DNA from: Lachnospiraceae bacterium
Lineage (GTDB): Bacteria; Bacillota; Clostridia; Lachnospirales; Lachnospiraceae
Length of the DNA: 64,000 nucleotides
Assembly: GCA_019424135.1 (NCBI GenBank)
Contig: JAHYZZ010000010.1
Span: forward strand, 7,751-71,750
Direction: 5' to 3'
The notes under the pieces were generated by a model that had not been told where the DNA came from, did not search any database, and saw only the letters and a list, made by a program, of their open reading frames with translations. Below, piece by piece: positions 1 through 9,497 of the stretch; position 1 is the stretch's first letter; the number at the start of each line of letters is the position of its first letter. Made by a program: the position numbers and the translations under genes.

Positions 1-314
1 AAGACGAACAGGATCTCTCCAAGGTATCCTGCAGCATGGAGTTGTTTGAGCTGTATGCAAAAGGATATATCGAGGGATGCGCAGGAAGACTGACAGACAA
101 AGAGATGGATCTGCTTCCTATGGGAGCCAAAACCATGACCTATGAATGCGGAATGCGGTTCCTGACAGATTATCTTCAGGGCGACACTTATTTTAAGATC
201 CACAGAGAAGGACATAATCTGGATCGGTGCAGAACACAGTTCAAGCTGGTTGAAGATATGGAACAAAAGTGGTATACTATGAACGAAATCGTAAAAAAAC
301 TGAAGAATAACTAG
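1..314 (+). CDS. Phosphotransferase (APH-like, N-acetylhexosamine 1-kinase/MdsC-like), 3' part only
   Basis: C-terminal motif RFLTDYLQGDTYFK..HNLDR typical of NahK/MdsC-like kinases; directly upstream of galE; truncated by window edge. Confidence 0.65.
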   Translation, partial: DEQDLSKVSCSMELFELYAKGYIEGCAGRLTDKEMDLLPMGAKTMTYECGMRFLTDYLQGDTYFKIHREGHNLDRCRTQFKLVEDMEQKWYTMNEIVKKLKNN

Positions 315-326
315 GAGGTATCCAAA

Positions 327-1349
327 ATGGCAAAAATATTGATCACAGGCGGCGCCGGGTATATAGGAAGCCACACTGCACTGGAACTTTTGAATGAAGG
401 ATATGAAGTCGTAGTTTACGATAATCTTTGCAATTCCTCCGAAGAATCTTTAAGAAGAGTTCAGGAACTGACCGGAAAGTCAATAAAATTCTACGAAGGG
501 GATGTGCTGGATGCAGATTCTCTGGAAGCGATGTTCCGTGCGGAGAATGTGGATGCAGTTATCCATTGTGCGGCTTTAAAAGCGGTAGGAGAGTCTGTGC
601 AAAAGCCTCTTGAGTATTATAAGAATAATATTACTGGGACGCTGACCTTGATGGATGTGATGAGCCGAGTAGGGGTCAAGAATATTGTATTTAGTTCCTC
701 TGCCACGGTTTATGGAAGTCCGGAAGAGATGCCGATCACAGAATCCTGTCCGAAGGGACAGTGCACCAATCCGTACGGATGGACAAAGTCCATGATGGAG
801 CAGATCATGACAGATGTCCAGAAGGCAAATCCGGAGTGGAATGTAATCCTGCTTCGTTACTTCAATCCGGTAGGAGCACATAAGAGTGGACGGATCGGAG
901 AGGACCCGAAGGGAATCCCGAACAATCTGATGCCATATATTTCGCAGGTGGCAGTAGGAAAGCTTGAAAAACTGGGGGTATTTGGCAATGATTACAATAC
1001 TCCGGATGGAACAGGCGTAAGAGATTATATTCATGTAGTAGACCTGGCAATTGGACATGTAAAGGCCATCAACTATATCTTTACCAATCCTGGGTTGGAT
1101 GTGATTAATTTAGGAACAGGTACGGGTTATTCTGTTCTGGATATGGTAAAGGCCTTCTCCAAGGCATGCGGAAAAGAAATCCCATACGAGATCAAGCCGA
1201 GACGTGCCGGCGATATCGATATGTGTTATGCGGATCCGTCCAAAGCGCTGAAGGTACTTGGCTGGAAGGCAGAGCGAGGGCTGGATGAGATGTGTGAGGA
1301 TACCTGGAGATGGCAGTCCCAGAATCCAAATGGTTATAATGAGGCATAA
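327..1349 (+). CDS. galE: UDP-glucose 4-epimerase
   Basis: [12 protein letters not shown]-binding motif, [14 protein letters not shown] (YxxxK), [19 protein letters not shown]. Confidence 0.97.
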   Translation: MAKILITGGAGYIGSHTALELLNEGYEVVVYDNLCNSSEESLRRVQELTGKSIKFYEGDVLDADSLEAMFRAENVDAVIHCAALKAVGESVQKPLEYYKNNITGTLTLMDVMSRVGVKNIVFSSSATVYGSPEEMPITESCPKGQCTNPYGWTKSMMEQIMTDVQKANPEWNVILLRYFNPVGAHKSGRIGEDPKGIPNNLMPYISQVAVGKLEKLGVFGNDYNTPDGTGVRDYIHVVDLAIGHVKAINYIFTNPGLDVINLGTGTGYSVLDMVKAFSKACGKEIPYEIKPRRAGDIDMCYADPSKALKVLGWKAERGLDEMCEDTWRWQSQNPNGYNEA

Positions 1350-1367
1350 AAAGAGACAGAAAATAGA

Positions 1368-1410
1368 GAAAAGACGGCGCTTTTCAGCAAAAAATGCCGT
1401 CTTTTCTTTT
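1368..1410 (+). terminator. Intrinsic terminator after galE
   Basis: GAAAAGACGGC...GCCGTCTTTTC inverted repeat followed by TTTT. Confidence 0.7.
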
Positions 1411-1461
1411 ATACTGAAAAGTGGTATAATCATGCATAGGTATGAGCCGGAGGATGAAACT

Positions 1462-3522
1462 ATGTCAGAAAAACAAAAAGAAAAGGTTCGTTTAAAAGGT
1501 CAGCTGCGGCTGTATATGCAGCTTCCAGCCGTGATGGCGGTGCTGCTTGCGGTGCTGAATATCTGGATTTACCGGATGGACCGGCGTGCGGGAATTCTGA
1601 TGCTGGTATTTGTCATCATTTATATCTTTATGGTCGGATATCTGTACATCTACAGTAAGTCCATTATCTTAAAGGATCTGGTAGAATTTGCCGCGCAGTA
1701 TGGCATTGTTCAGAATGTCCTGTTAAAAGAGTTGGCGATTCCCTATGCTATTTTGTTGGATGACGGCAAGGCCGTGTGGATGAACGCCCAGTTCGAACGA
1801 GTGCTGGGAGGGAAGCCCAAGGGAGACGCCTATATCAGTAAGTATATTCCAGAACTGAATGTCAGTATTTTCCCGAAACGCGAGGGAGATATCGTTGAGA
1901 TGGATGTCTACTGTGATGAGAAGGAGTACCGGGCAGAGCTGCGCAGAGTGTCTGTACAGGGATTCAGTGAGACAGAACAGCTTCTACAGATGCCAGAAGA
2001 AAGAGAGTATTTTATCGCTGTCTATCTTCAGGATGTGACGGAACTAAACAGGTATATCCGGGAGAATGAGGAGCAGCGTCTGGTGGCGGGGCTGATTTAT
2101 ATTGATAATTATGATGAAGTGGTGGACAGCGTAGAAGAAGTGCGCCAGTCACTTTTGATGGCCCTGGTGGACAGGAAGATTAACCAGTATATTGCAAAGG
2201 TAGACGGAATCGTGAAAAAGATGGAGAATGATAAGTACTTCATCGTGATTAAGAAGCAGTATTTCAAGCAGCTGGAAGAGGATAAGTTCTCACTGCTTGA
2301 GGATGTGAAGTCTGTCAATATCGGGAACGGCATTCCGGCCACCTTGAGTATTGGACTTGGTTTAAGTTCCGTTTCTTATGCACAGAGTTATAATTATGCC
2401 AGAGTGGCCATTGATCTTGCACTTGCCCGCGGCGGCGACCAGGCTGTAATTAAAGACTGTGGAGGCATTACTTATTTTGGGGGGAAACGGGAGCAGACGT
2501 CTAAAAATACCCGTGTGAAGGCAAGGGTTAAAGCAGAGGCACTTCGGGAGTTTATCACCGTAAAGGACAAAATATTTGTTATGGGGCATAAGCTGACGGA
2601 TGTGGATGCATTTGGTGCAGCAATTGGGATTTACCGTGCGGCTGCAGCTTTGGAGAAGAACGCACATATCGTGATTAATGAGATCTCTGCGTCTCTTCGC
2701 CCGCTCTATGAATGTTATGAGAAGGATCCGGCTTATCCGGATGACCTGTTTTTGACTTCGGCGGAGGCTATCCCTATGGTGGATGAAGAATCTATGGTGA
2801 TTGTCGTGGACACCAACCGTCCGCAGATGACAGAGTGTGAGGAACTGCTGAAGAAAACGAAGACGATCGTGGTACTGGATCATCACAGACAGAGCAGTGA
2901 CAATATCGACAACGCACTGTTGTCTTATATTGAGCCCTATGCATCTTCGTCTTGTGAGATGGTATCAGAGGTTCTTCAGTATATTGTCGATGATATTAAG
3001 ATTCCGAAGCTGGAGGCAAGCAGTCTGTATGCGGGAATCATGATTGATACCAATAATTTTGTAAACCGGACAGGCGTGCGTACCTTTGAGGCGGCAGCAT
3101 TTTTAAGAAGATGCGGGGCTGATATTACGCTGGTGCGTAAGATGCTTCGCGATGATATGGATGCGTACCGGGCAAAGGCGGAGATTATCAGTAATGCGGA
3201 AGTTTTCCATGAAAAATTTGCAATCGCCACGGGACAGAATCTGACGATTGAAAGTCCCACTATTATTGGTGCCCAGGCGGCCGATGAGCTGTTGGATATC
3301 AATGGAATCAAGGCTTCTTTTGTGCTGACTGAATATAATGGAAGAATTTATATCAGCGCCCGGTCTATTGATGAGGTTAATGTGCAGATCATCATGGAAC
3401 GTTTCGGAGGCGGCGGCCATATGAATGCATCCGGCGCTCAGTTTGACCATACAGACATGAAGGCTGCGATTGCAGACTTAAAGCGTGTGCTGGATGAAAT
3501 GATAGAAGGAGGAGATATTTAA
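1462..3522 (+). CDS. gdpP: c-di-AMP phosphodiesterase GdpP (2 TM, PAS-like, degenerate GGDEF, DHH/DHHA1)
   Basis: DLALARGGDQAVIK, MGHKLTDVDAFGA, VLDHHR, GGGGHMNASGAQ; gdpP-rplI-dnaB order; start set at ATG 1462 behind GGAGGA. Confidence 0.93.
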   Translation: MSEKQKEKVRLKGQLRLYMQLPAVMAVLLAVLNIWIYRMDRRAGILMLVFVIIYIFMVGYLYIYSKSIILKDLVEFAAQYGIVQNVLLKELAIPYAILLDDGKAVWMNAQFERVLGGKPKGDAYISKYIPELNVSIFPKREGDIVEMDVYCDEKEYRAELRRVSVQGFSETEQLLQMPEEREYFIAVYLQDVTELNRYIRENEEQRLVAGLIYIDNYDEVVDSVEEVRQSLLMALVDRKINQYIAKVDGIVKKMENDKYFIVIKKQYFKQLEEDKFSLLEDVKSVNIGNGIPATLSIGLGLSSVSYAQSYNYARVAIDLALARGGDQAVIKDCGGITYFGGKREQTSKNTRVKARVKAEALREFITVKDKIFVMGHKLTDVDAFGAAIGIYRAAAALEKNAHIVINEISASLRPLYECYEKDPAYPDDLFLTSAEAIPMVDEESMVIVVDTNRPQMTECEELLKKTKTIVVLDHHRQSSDNIDNALLSYIEPYASSSCEMVSEVLQYIVDDIKIPKLEASSLYAGIMIDTNNFVNRTGVRTFEAAAFLRRCGADITLVRKMLRDDMDAYRAKAEIISNAEVFHEKFAIATGQNLTIESPTIIGAQAADELLDINGIKASFVLTEYNGRIYISARSIDEVNVQIIMERFGGGGHMNASGAQFDHTDMKAAIADLKRVLDEMIEGGDI

Positions 3523-3524
3523 TC

Positions 3525-3974
3525 ATGAAAGTTATTTTGACAGAAGATATAAAATCACTGGGAAAAAAGGGAGAGATCGTAGAAGTCAGCGACGGATATG
3601 CGAGAAACTTTATCCTTAAGAAAAAGAAAGGTTTAGAGGCTAATAGTAAAAATCTAAATGATTTGAAGCTAAAAAAGGCAAACGATGACAAGGTGGCCAA
3701 GGAACATTATGAGGCGGCCAAGGAGCTTGGAAAGAAGATCGAAGCCGGGCAGATCAAGGTGTCTATTAAGATGGGAGAAGGAGGAAAGGCATTTGGATCT
3801 GTTTCCTCCAAGGAAATTGCGGAAGAGACGAAGAAGCAGATGGGGCTGGAGATTGACAAGAAAAAGGTCCAGCTAAAAGATGCGATCAAGGTTCCGGGAA
3901 CCCATATTGTACCGATCAAGCTTCATCCAAAGGTAACGGCTGAGCTGAAGGTTTTGGTGGCTGAGGAGGCATAG
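3525..3974 (+). CDS. rplI: 50S ribosomal protein L9
   Basis: MKVIL..LGKKGEIVEVSDGYARNF; FGSVS; KLHPKV. Confidence 0.98.
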   Translation: MKVILTEDIKSLGKKGEIVEVSDGYARNFILKKKKGLEANSKNLNDLKLKKANDDKVAKEHYEAAKELGKKIEAGQIKVSIKMGEGGKAFGSVSSKEIAEETKKQMGLEIDKKKVQLKDAIKVPGTHIVPIKLHPKVTAELKVLVAEEA

Positions 3975-3986
3975 GAGGAAGAATAG

Positions 3987-5327
3987 ATGGAAGAAGCACT
4001 CATCAAAAGAGTGATGCCCCATAGTATAGAAGCAGAACAGTCCGTCGTCGGTGCAATGCTGATGGATAAGGATGCGATCACTGCCGCGTCAGAAATGATC
4101 AGTGGCAGTGATTTTTATCAGAGTGCTTATGGAATGATCTTCGATTCCATGGTGGAGTTGTTTAATGAGGGAAAACCGGTGGATCTGATTACACTTCAGG
4201 AACGGCTAAGACAGAAGGATGTTCCGTCGGAGATTGCAAGTCTGGAATTTGTCCGGGATTTGGTCACAGCAGTGCCCACGTCTGCTAACGTGAGGTATTA
4301 TGCCCAGATTGTTGCAGATAAGGCTATGATGCGCCGGCTGATCAAATTGAACGAAGAGATTGAAAACATCTGCTATGCTGGAAAAGAGCCCCTGGAGGAA
4401 GTGCTGGAGAAGACAGAAAAGTCGGTGTTTGAGCTGTTGCAGCGGAGGAATACCGGGGAATATGTACCCATCAAAGAAGTGGTGTTAAATGCACTGGACC
4501 GGATTGAAAAAGCCTCCAAGAGTAAGGGGACTGTAACAGGGATTCCCACAGGCTTTATTGATCTGGACTATAAATTGTCGGGACTCCAGCCGTCGGATCT
4601 GATCCTGGTGGCGGCCAGACCATCTATGGGAAAAACGGCATTCGTGTTGAACATTGCCCAGTATGTGGCATTTAAAAAGGAGAAGAGCGTGGCGATCTTT
4701 AGTCTGGAGATGTCAAAAGAACAGTTGGTGAACCGACTGTTTTCTCTGGAATCACAGGTGGATGCCCAGGCACTTCGTACAGGCAATATGAAGGACTCTG
4801 ACTGGGAGAAGCTGATCGAAGGCGCCGGGATTATTGGACAATCGAAGTTGATCATTGACGACACGCCGGGAATTTCGGTGTCGGAGCTTCGTTCTAAGTG
4901 CCGGAAATATAAGCTGGAAAATGATCTGGATCTGATTATCATCGACTACCTACAATTGATGACAGGAAGCGTTGGCAGAAGTTCTGAGTCCAGACAGCAG
5001 GAGATCTCTGAGATCTCCAGATCCTTAAAAGGGCTGGCAAGGGAACTGAACGTACCGTTGATTGCGCTGTCACAGCTGTCTCGTGCCGTGGAGAGCCGTC
5101 CGGACAAGCGCCCGATGCTGTCAGACTTAAGAGAGTCCGGAGCTATCGAGCAGGATGCGGACGTGGTGATGTTTATTTACAGAGATGAATACTATAATAA
5201 GGATTCCGAATATAAAAAACAGGCCGAGATCATTATTGCAAAACAAAGAAACGGTCCTGTAGGGACCGTTCATCTGGCCTGGTTGGGTGAATATACAAAG
5301 TTTGCAAATTTAAGCAGGCAGGATTAA
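3987..5327 (+). CDS. dnaB: Replicative DNA helicase
   Basis: PHSIEAEQSVVG, AARPSMGKT Walker A, IIIDYLQL, SDLRESGAIEQDAD, KQRNGP. Confidence 0.98.
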   Translation: MEEALIKRVMPHSIEAEQSVVGAMLMDKDAITAASEMISGSDFYQSAYGMIFDSMVELFNEGKPVDLITLQERLRQKDVPSEIASLEFVRDLVTAVPTSANVRYYAQIVADKAMMRRLIKLNEEIENICYAGKEPLEEVLEKTEKSVFELLQRRNTGEYVPIKEVVLNALDRIEKASKSKGTVTGIPTGFIDLDYKLSGLQPSDLILVAARPSMGKTAFVLNIAQYVAFKKEKSVAIFSLEMSKEQLVNRLFSLESQVDAQALRTGNMKDSDWEKLIEGAGIIGQSKLIIDDTPGISVSELRSKCRKYKLENDLDLIIIDYLQLMTGSVGRSSESRQQEISEISRSLKGLARELNVPLIALSQLSRAVESRPDKRPMLSDLRESGAIEQDADVVMFIYRDEYYNKDSEYKKQAEIIIAKQRNGPVGTVHLAWLGEYTKFANLSRQD

Positions 5328-5669
5328 CTTTTTCAGCCTGGAAATGGGACCAGACTCTGCGGCAGACTTCCGATAGGATTGCTGCTGGCGGATGAGCTGG
5401 TCCAATTTTTTGAATTCTTCTTCCTGTTGCCTTTCTTTGGCATCTAGAAGGAAGGACATCTCTTTGCTGAACATGGAGAGGAGAACTTCATTGTTATTTT
5501 CCAGCATTCGCTTGATATAGAGCTGCTCCCTGGTTCTTCGGATATCAGGAATCAGAGCTTTTAGTTCGGCGAAAGGAACCCCCTGCTCATACAATTCTTT
5601 GATACATCCATAGAGGCGTTCATCGTCTTTTGTTTCTCGTTTCAACTGATCTAATGCATGATTACTCAT
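5310..5669 (-). CDS. Hypothetical coiled-coil protein, resembling MerR/RacA-like proteins but without a clear HTH
   Basis: 119-aa ORF with SD AAGGGG; IKELYEQG and EEEFKKLDQLIR segments; overlaps the dnaB stop convergently. Confidence 0.5.
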   Translation of the reverse strand: MSNHALDQLKRETKDDERLYGCIKELYEQGVPFAELKALIPDIRRTREQLYIKRMLENNNEVLLSMFSKEMSFLLDAKERQQEEEFKKLDQLIRQQQSYRKSAAESGPISRLKKLILPA

Positions 5670-5764
5670 CTGTCAATACCCCCTTATTAATAGATCTGTT
5701 TCTTCAGGCGTTTTCATCATAGCATACTTTTTCCGCGGAAAAAGGGGAAACCCGTCGGACAGAT

Positions 5765-5820
5765 AAAAAAGAGACTGCCACACAATGCAGAAGATGCATT
5801 TGCGTAACAGTCTCTTTTTT
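5765..5820. terminator. Hairpin terminator downstream of the ferredoxin gene (bidirectional type)
   Basis: AAAAAAGAGACTG...CAGTCTCTTTTTT. Confidence 0.7.
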
Positions 5821-5839
5821 GAAACATATCTGATATGGA

Positions 5840-6064
<225 letters not shown>

Positions 6065-6243
6065 TTATCCCTATCATAATACAAACGGAAAAAATATACA
6101 AGAGCGGAGCTTAAAATAACTGGTATGTACGAAATTAAATCCAAGAATGAAAATTTAAGAAAAATTTTAAACACTTTTTCGTAAAATTGGTGTATAGTGT
6201 TTGATGTTACAGTGTATGACATGTTGGGACAGGAGTGAAAAAC

Positions 6244-7332
6244 ATGAGAAACAGATATAGAAAAGTAGTGGCGGTGCTGTTGCTGACGGCTGTCCTTGGA
6301 GGATGTGCGGCCCGGGAAGAATATACAGGGGGACAAGTGACCGCAGAAGTGCCAGAGGTGACCGCAGAACAGGCGAAACTGAATATGATACAGCCCAATG
6401 CCTATAATAATGTGAATGGTCTTGATCTGGAGCCGGGATCCTATATTTCTATTCTGGGAAGATCTGGGAGCGGCGCATACTGGGAGGAAATAAAGAAGGG
6501 GATGAACCAGGCTGTGGAAGATATGAACACAGCACTGGGATATGAGGGAAGCGATAAGATAAAAGCCACATATAATGCAGCAGATACGCCGGATAATGTA
6601 GATGAACAGGTCAACATTCTGGATGAGGAACTGGCCCGCTATCCGGTTGCTGTGGGAATTGCCCTTTCGGATGCCGCAGCCTGTGAAGTGCAGTTTGATC
6701 TGGCGTCAGAAAACGGAATCCCGGTAGTGGCGTTTGATTCGGGCAGTGATTACCAGGGATTGATGTCTACTGTTTCGACAGACAATGACGCATCTGCAAG
6801 AGAGGCAGCTTCCAAGATGGCAGAAGATATGGAAGAGACAGGGAAAGTGCTGATTCTGGTGGATAATTCTAAAGCTAAGGCGGAAATCACAAGAGAGAGT
6901 GCATTCCGGGATGAAATGCAGAATCAGCATTCGGGAATTACTGTTGCAGGAACATGGTACCTGGATCAGATGGATGCGTCTGATTCTGATACAGATCCGA
7001 TAGAAACGATTCACGCTCAGTACCCGGATATTACAGGAATCTTTGCAGTCAGTTCTGATGCAATGTCAGTTGCATTAGATCTGGTGGATGCCATGGATAC
7101 AGAGCCTGTGATCGTAGGGTTTGATGGGGAAGAAGAAGAGCTTAAGGCACTGTCCGAAGGTCAGATCAGTGGTCTGATTGTCCAGAATCCATATGGCATG
7201 GGATATGCTTCTGTCGTTGCAGCTGCCAGAGCAGCCCTTTCCCAGGGGAATGAAGCTGTGGTCGATACAGGGTATCTGTGGGTGGATGCAGAAAATCTGG
7301 AGACAGAAGAAGTGCAGCAGATCCTGTATTAG
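6244..7332 (+). CDS. Sugar-binding lipoprotein (RbsB-like periplasmic binding protein)
   Basis: Lipobox LGGC; GIPVVAFDSG, VSTDN, IVGFDG, QNPYGMGY; no permease adjacent. Confidence 0.85.
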   Translation: MRNRYRKVVAVLLLTAVLGGCAAREEYTGGQVTAEVPEVTAEQAKLNMIQPNAYNNVNGLDLEPGSYISILGRSGSGAYWEEIKKGMNQAVEDMNTALGYEGSDKIKATYNAADTPDNVDEQVNILDEELARYPVAVGIALSDAAACEVQFDLASENGIPVVAFDSGSDYQGLMSTVSTDNDASAREAASKMAEDMEETGKVLILVDNSKAKAEITRESAFRDEMQNQHSGITVAGTWYLDQMDASDSDTDPIETIHAQYPDITGIFAVSSDAMSVALDLVDAMDTEPVIVGFDGEEEELKALSEGQISGLIVQNPYGMGYASVVAAARAALSQGNEAVVDTGYLWVDAENLETEEVQQILY

Positions 7333-8747
7333 AATGAATCACTGCTTTTGGGAAGGGAGAAAATAAACTCTGTGCCGACGCCTTCTGTGCTGACCACATT
7401 GATGTTTTCACCGTGTGCCTGGATGGCTTCTTTTACAATTGCAAGCCCCAGGCCGGTGCCTTTTTTATCCTTTCCGCGGGAAAGATCCGTTTTGTAGAAG
7501 CGTTCCCAGATCTTATTCAGTGCATTGCGGGGAATGCCGATTCCATAGTCTTTTACGGAGATATAGACCTTTTCGCCCCGCTCTGTGGTTTCGATGGTGA
7601 CCGTAGACTCTGGGTCGCTGAATTTGATAGCATTGTCCAGCAGATTATAGAGAACCTGATGGATCTTGCGCTTGTCGGCATAGACCTGCAGATGCTTGGT
7701 AGCTAACAGCAGTTCAATCGATATTTTTTTCTGAGTACAGGTGCCTTCAAAAGAGGCAGCTGTATTTTTTATGACTTCATGAATATCAAATTTTTCACGG
7801 TTCAGGAGGATATTTTTATTGTCAAATTCGTTCAAGGTCAGAAGATCCTGAGTCAGATCTGTCAGGCGTTCCGTTTCAAACAGAATGATCTTTAAATATT
7901 TTTCCTGCATTTCTGGCGGAATAGTGCCGTCTGCCATGGCCTCCACATATCCCTTGATGGAGGTCAGCGGAGAGCGGAAGTCGTGAGAGACATTGGCAAC
8001 GAATTTTTTCTGATAGTCTTCAATGTCCCGGAGCTGGGATGACATGTAGTTCAAAGATGCTGAAAGATAACCCATCTCGTCTTCAGTGGTGACCGGGATT
8101 TCATAGTCCAGATTGCCGGAGGCATACTGAGTGGCCGCCTCAGTAATCTTGCGCAAAGGCCGGTAGACAAAGAACTGAAAGCCAAGGAGGATGACAAAGG
8201 ACAACAGAAAAATTACCACTAGCGTAATATAGACTGCGCGCAGCAAAAGAGTCTGGAGCTTGTGGATGTCAGATACATATTTGTGGATCATCAGATAGCC
8301 GTGAGGAGAGTAGCCATATACGACGGGCGCAATAACCGTGATGACATCTTCCTTAAAATATGAGTGATAATTCCCGATCTGATATTGTGCACTTCCAGTC
8401 TCTGCCGGATCAAAGTCGGCAATGCTTTCTGGAGCTGCAGGATAGCCGTCTGACTGTGCACAAGCGAGCACCTGTCCGTCCTGGGAAAGAAACCATACAG
8501 CAGCATCCAATTGAGTTTCTATTCCTGAAAGTTGAAGATCGATGTCAGAAATAGACAGGCGGTTGGAAAAATACTGTGGCAGATAATCACTGGCCACCAA
8601 GCTGGCCTCCTGATATATGTTGGTGGCGACATATCGCTGAAGAGGCTGTTTCGTCAGTCCGGTAGTCAAAGTAGCCACGGTAAAGAGACTTAGGAAACCA
8701 AATATGATATATAGAATGATGAATTTCAGATAAAGTGTGCTGCGCAT
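7329..8747 (-). CDS. Sensor histidine kinase (HAMP-HisKA-HATPase)
   Basis: NVSHDFRSPLT H-box, NLLDNAIKF, DYGIGI, GTGLGLAI; two TM segments. Confidence 0.95.
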   Translation of the reverse strand: MRSTLYLKFIILYIIFGFLSLFTVATLTTGLTKQPLQRYVATNIYQEASLVASDYLPQYFSNRLSISDIDLQLSGIETQLDAAVWFLSQDGQVLACAQSDGYPAAPESIADFDPAETGSAQYQIGNYHSYFKEDVITVIAPVVYGYSPHGYLMIHKYVSDIHKLQTLLLRAVYITLVVIFLLSFVILLGFQFFVYRPLRKITEAATQYASGNLDYEIPVTTEDEMGYLSASLNYMSSQLRDIEDYQKKFVANVSHDFRSPLTSIKGYVEAMADGTIPPEMQEKYLKIILFETERLTDLTQDLLTLNEFDNKNILLNREKFDIHEVIKNTAASFEGTCTQKKISIELLLATKHLQVYADKRKIHQVLYNLLDNAIKFSDPESTVTIETTERGEKVYISVKDYGIGIPRNALNKIWERFYKTDLSRGKDKKGTGLGLAIVKEAIQAHGENINVVSTEGVGTEFIFSLPKSSDSF

Positions 8748-8764
8748 GGAATTCCCTCTGCTAT

Positions 8765-9472
8765 TTAAGATTTGACTTCAAATTTATACCCGATGCCCCA
8801 GACGGTGCTTAAACTCCAGGAATCATGGTCTTTGATCTTTTCCCGGAGTCGTTTGATATGTACGTCTACGGTGCGGGTGTCCCCGATGTATTCATAGCCC
8901 CAGATCTGATCCAGGAGCTGTTCTCTTGTAAACACCTGGTTGGGTGAGGCGGCCAGGAAATATAAAAGTTCCAGTTCTTTTGGCGGCATATCTACCGTCT
9001 GATTGTCCACGACGACGGAATAATTGGTGAGATTAATGGTGATACCTGGGTAGGATACACATTTCCCCTTGCTTTGCGCATCATTTTCTGCTTTTGGAAT
9101 TGCCTGGTAGCGGCGCAGGACTGCCCGCACGCGGGCAACCATTTCTTTGGAGTCAAAGGGTTTCATAATATAGTCGTCGGCACCCAGTTCTAGTCCCAGT
9201 ACTTTGTCGAAGACTTCCCCTTTAGCAGAGAGCATGATAATGGGAACATTAGATTTTGCGCGGATTTCCCGGCAGACCTGGTAGCCGTCGATTCCCGGGA
9301 GCATCAGATCTAAGAGGATCAGGTCTGGATGATAGGAATCAAAAGCGATCAGAGCTTTTTCCCCGTCATGTACCATCAAAGTCTCAAAGCATTCTTTGGT
9401 GAGATAGAGGGAAATCAGCTCTGCAATATTTTCGTCGTCGTCTACGATCAGTATTTTCTGTTTGTTTACCAT
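8765..9472 (-). CDS. OmpR-family response regulator
   Basis: IVDDD, LDLMLPGIDG, GADDYIMKPF, RTVDVHIKRLR, VWGIGYKF. Confidence 0.96.
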   Translation of the reverse strand: MVNKQKILIVDDDENIAELISLYLTKECFETLMVHDGEKALIAFDSYHPDLILLDLMLPGIDGYQVCREIRAKSNVPIIMLSAKGEVFDKVLGLELGADDYIMKPFDSKEMVARVRAVLRRYQAIPKAENDAQSKGKCVSYPGITINLTNYSVVVDNQTVDMPPKELELLYFLAASPNQVFTREQLLDQIWGYEYIGDTRTVDVHIKRLREKIKDHDSWSLSTVWGIGYKFEVKS

Positions 9473-9497
9473 AGGGGCCTCCTTTGGATGTCATAGT

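Noticed and set aside
1258..1461. N-terminal extension of gdpP in the ORF track
   Set aside because: Overlaps galE and its terminator; the SD supports a start at 1462
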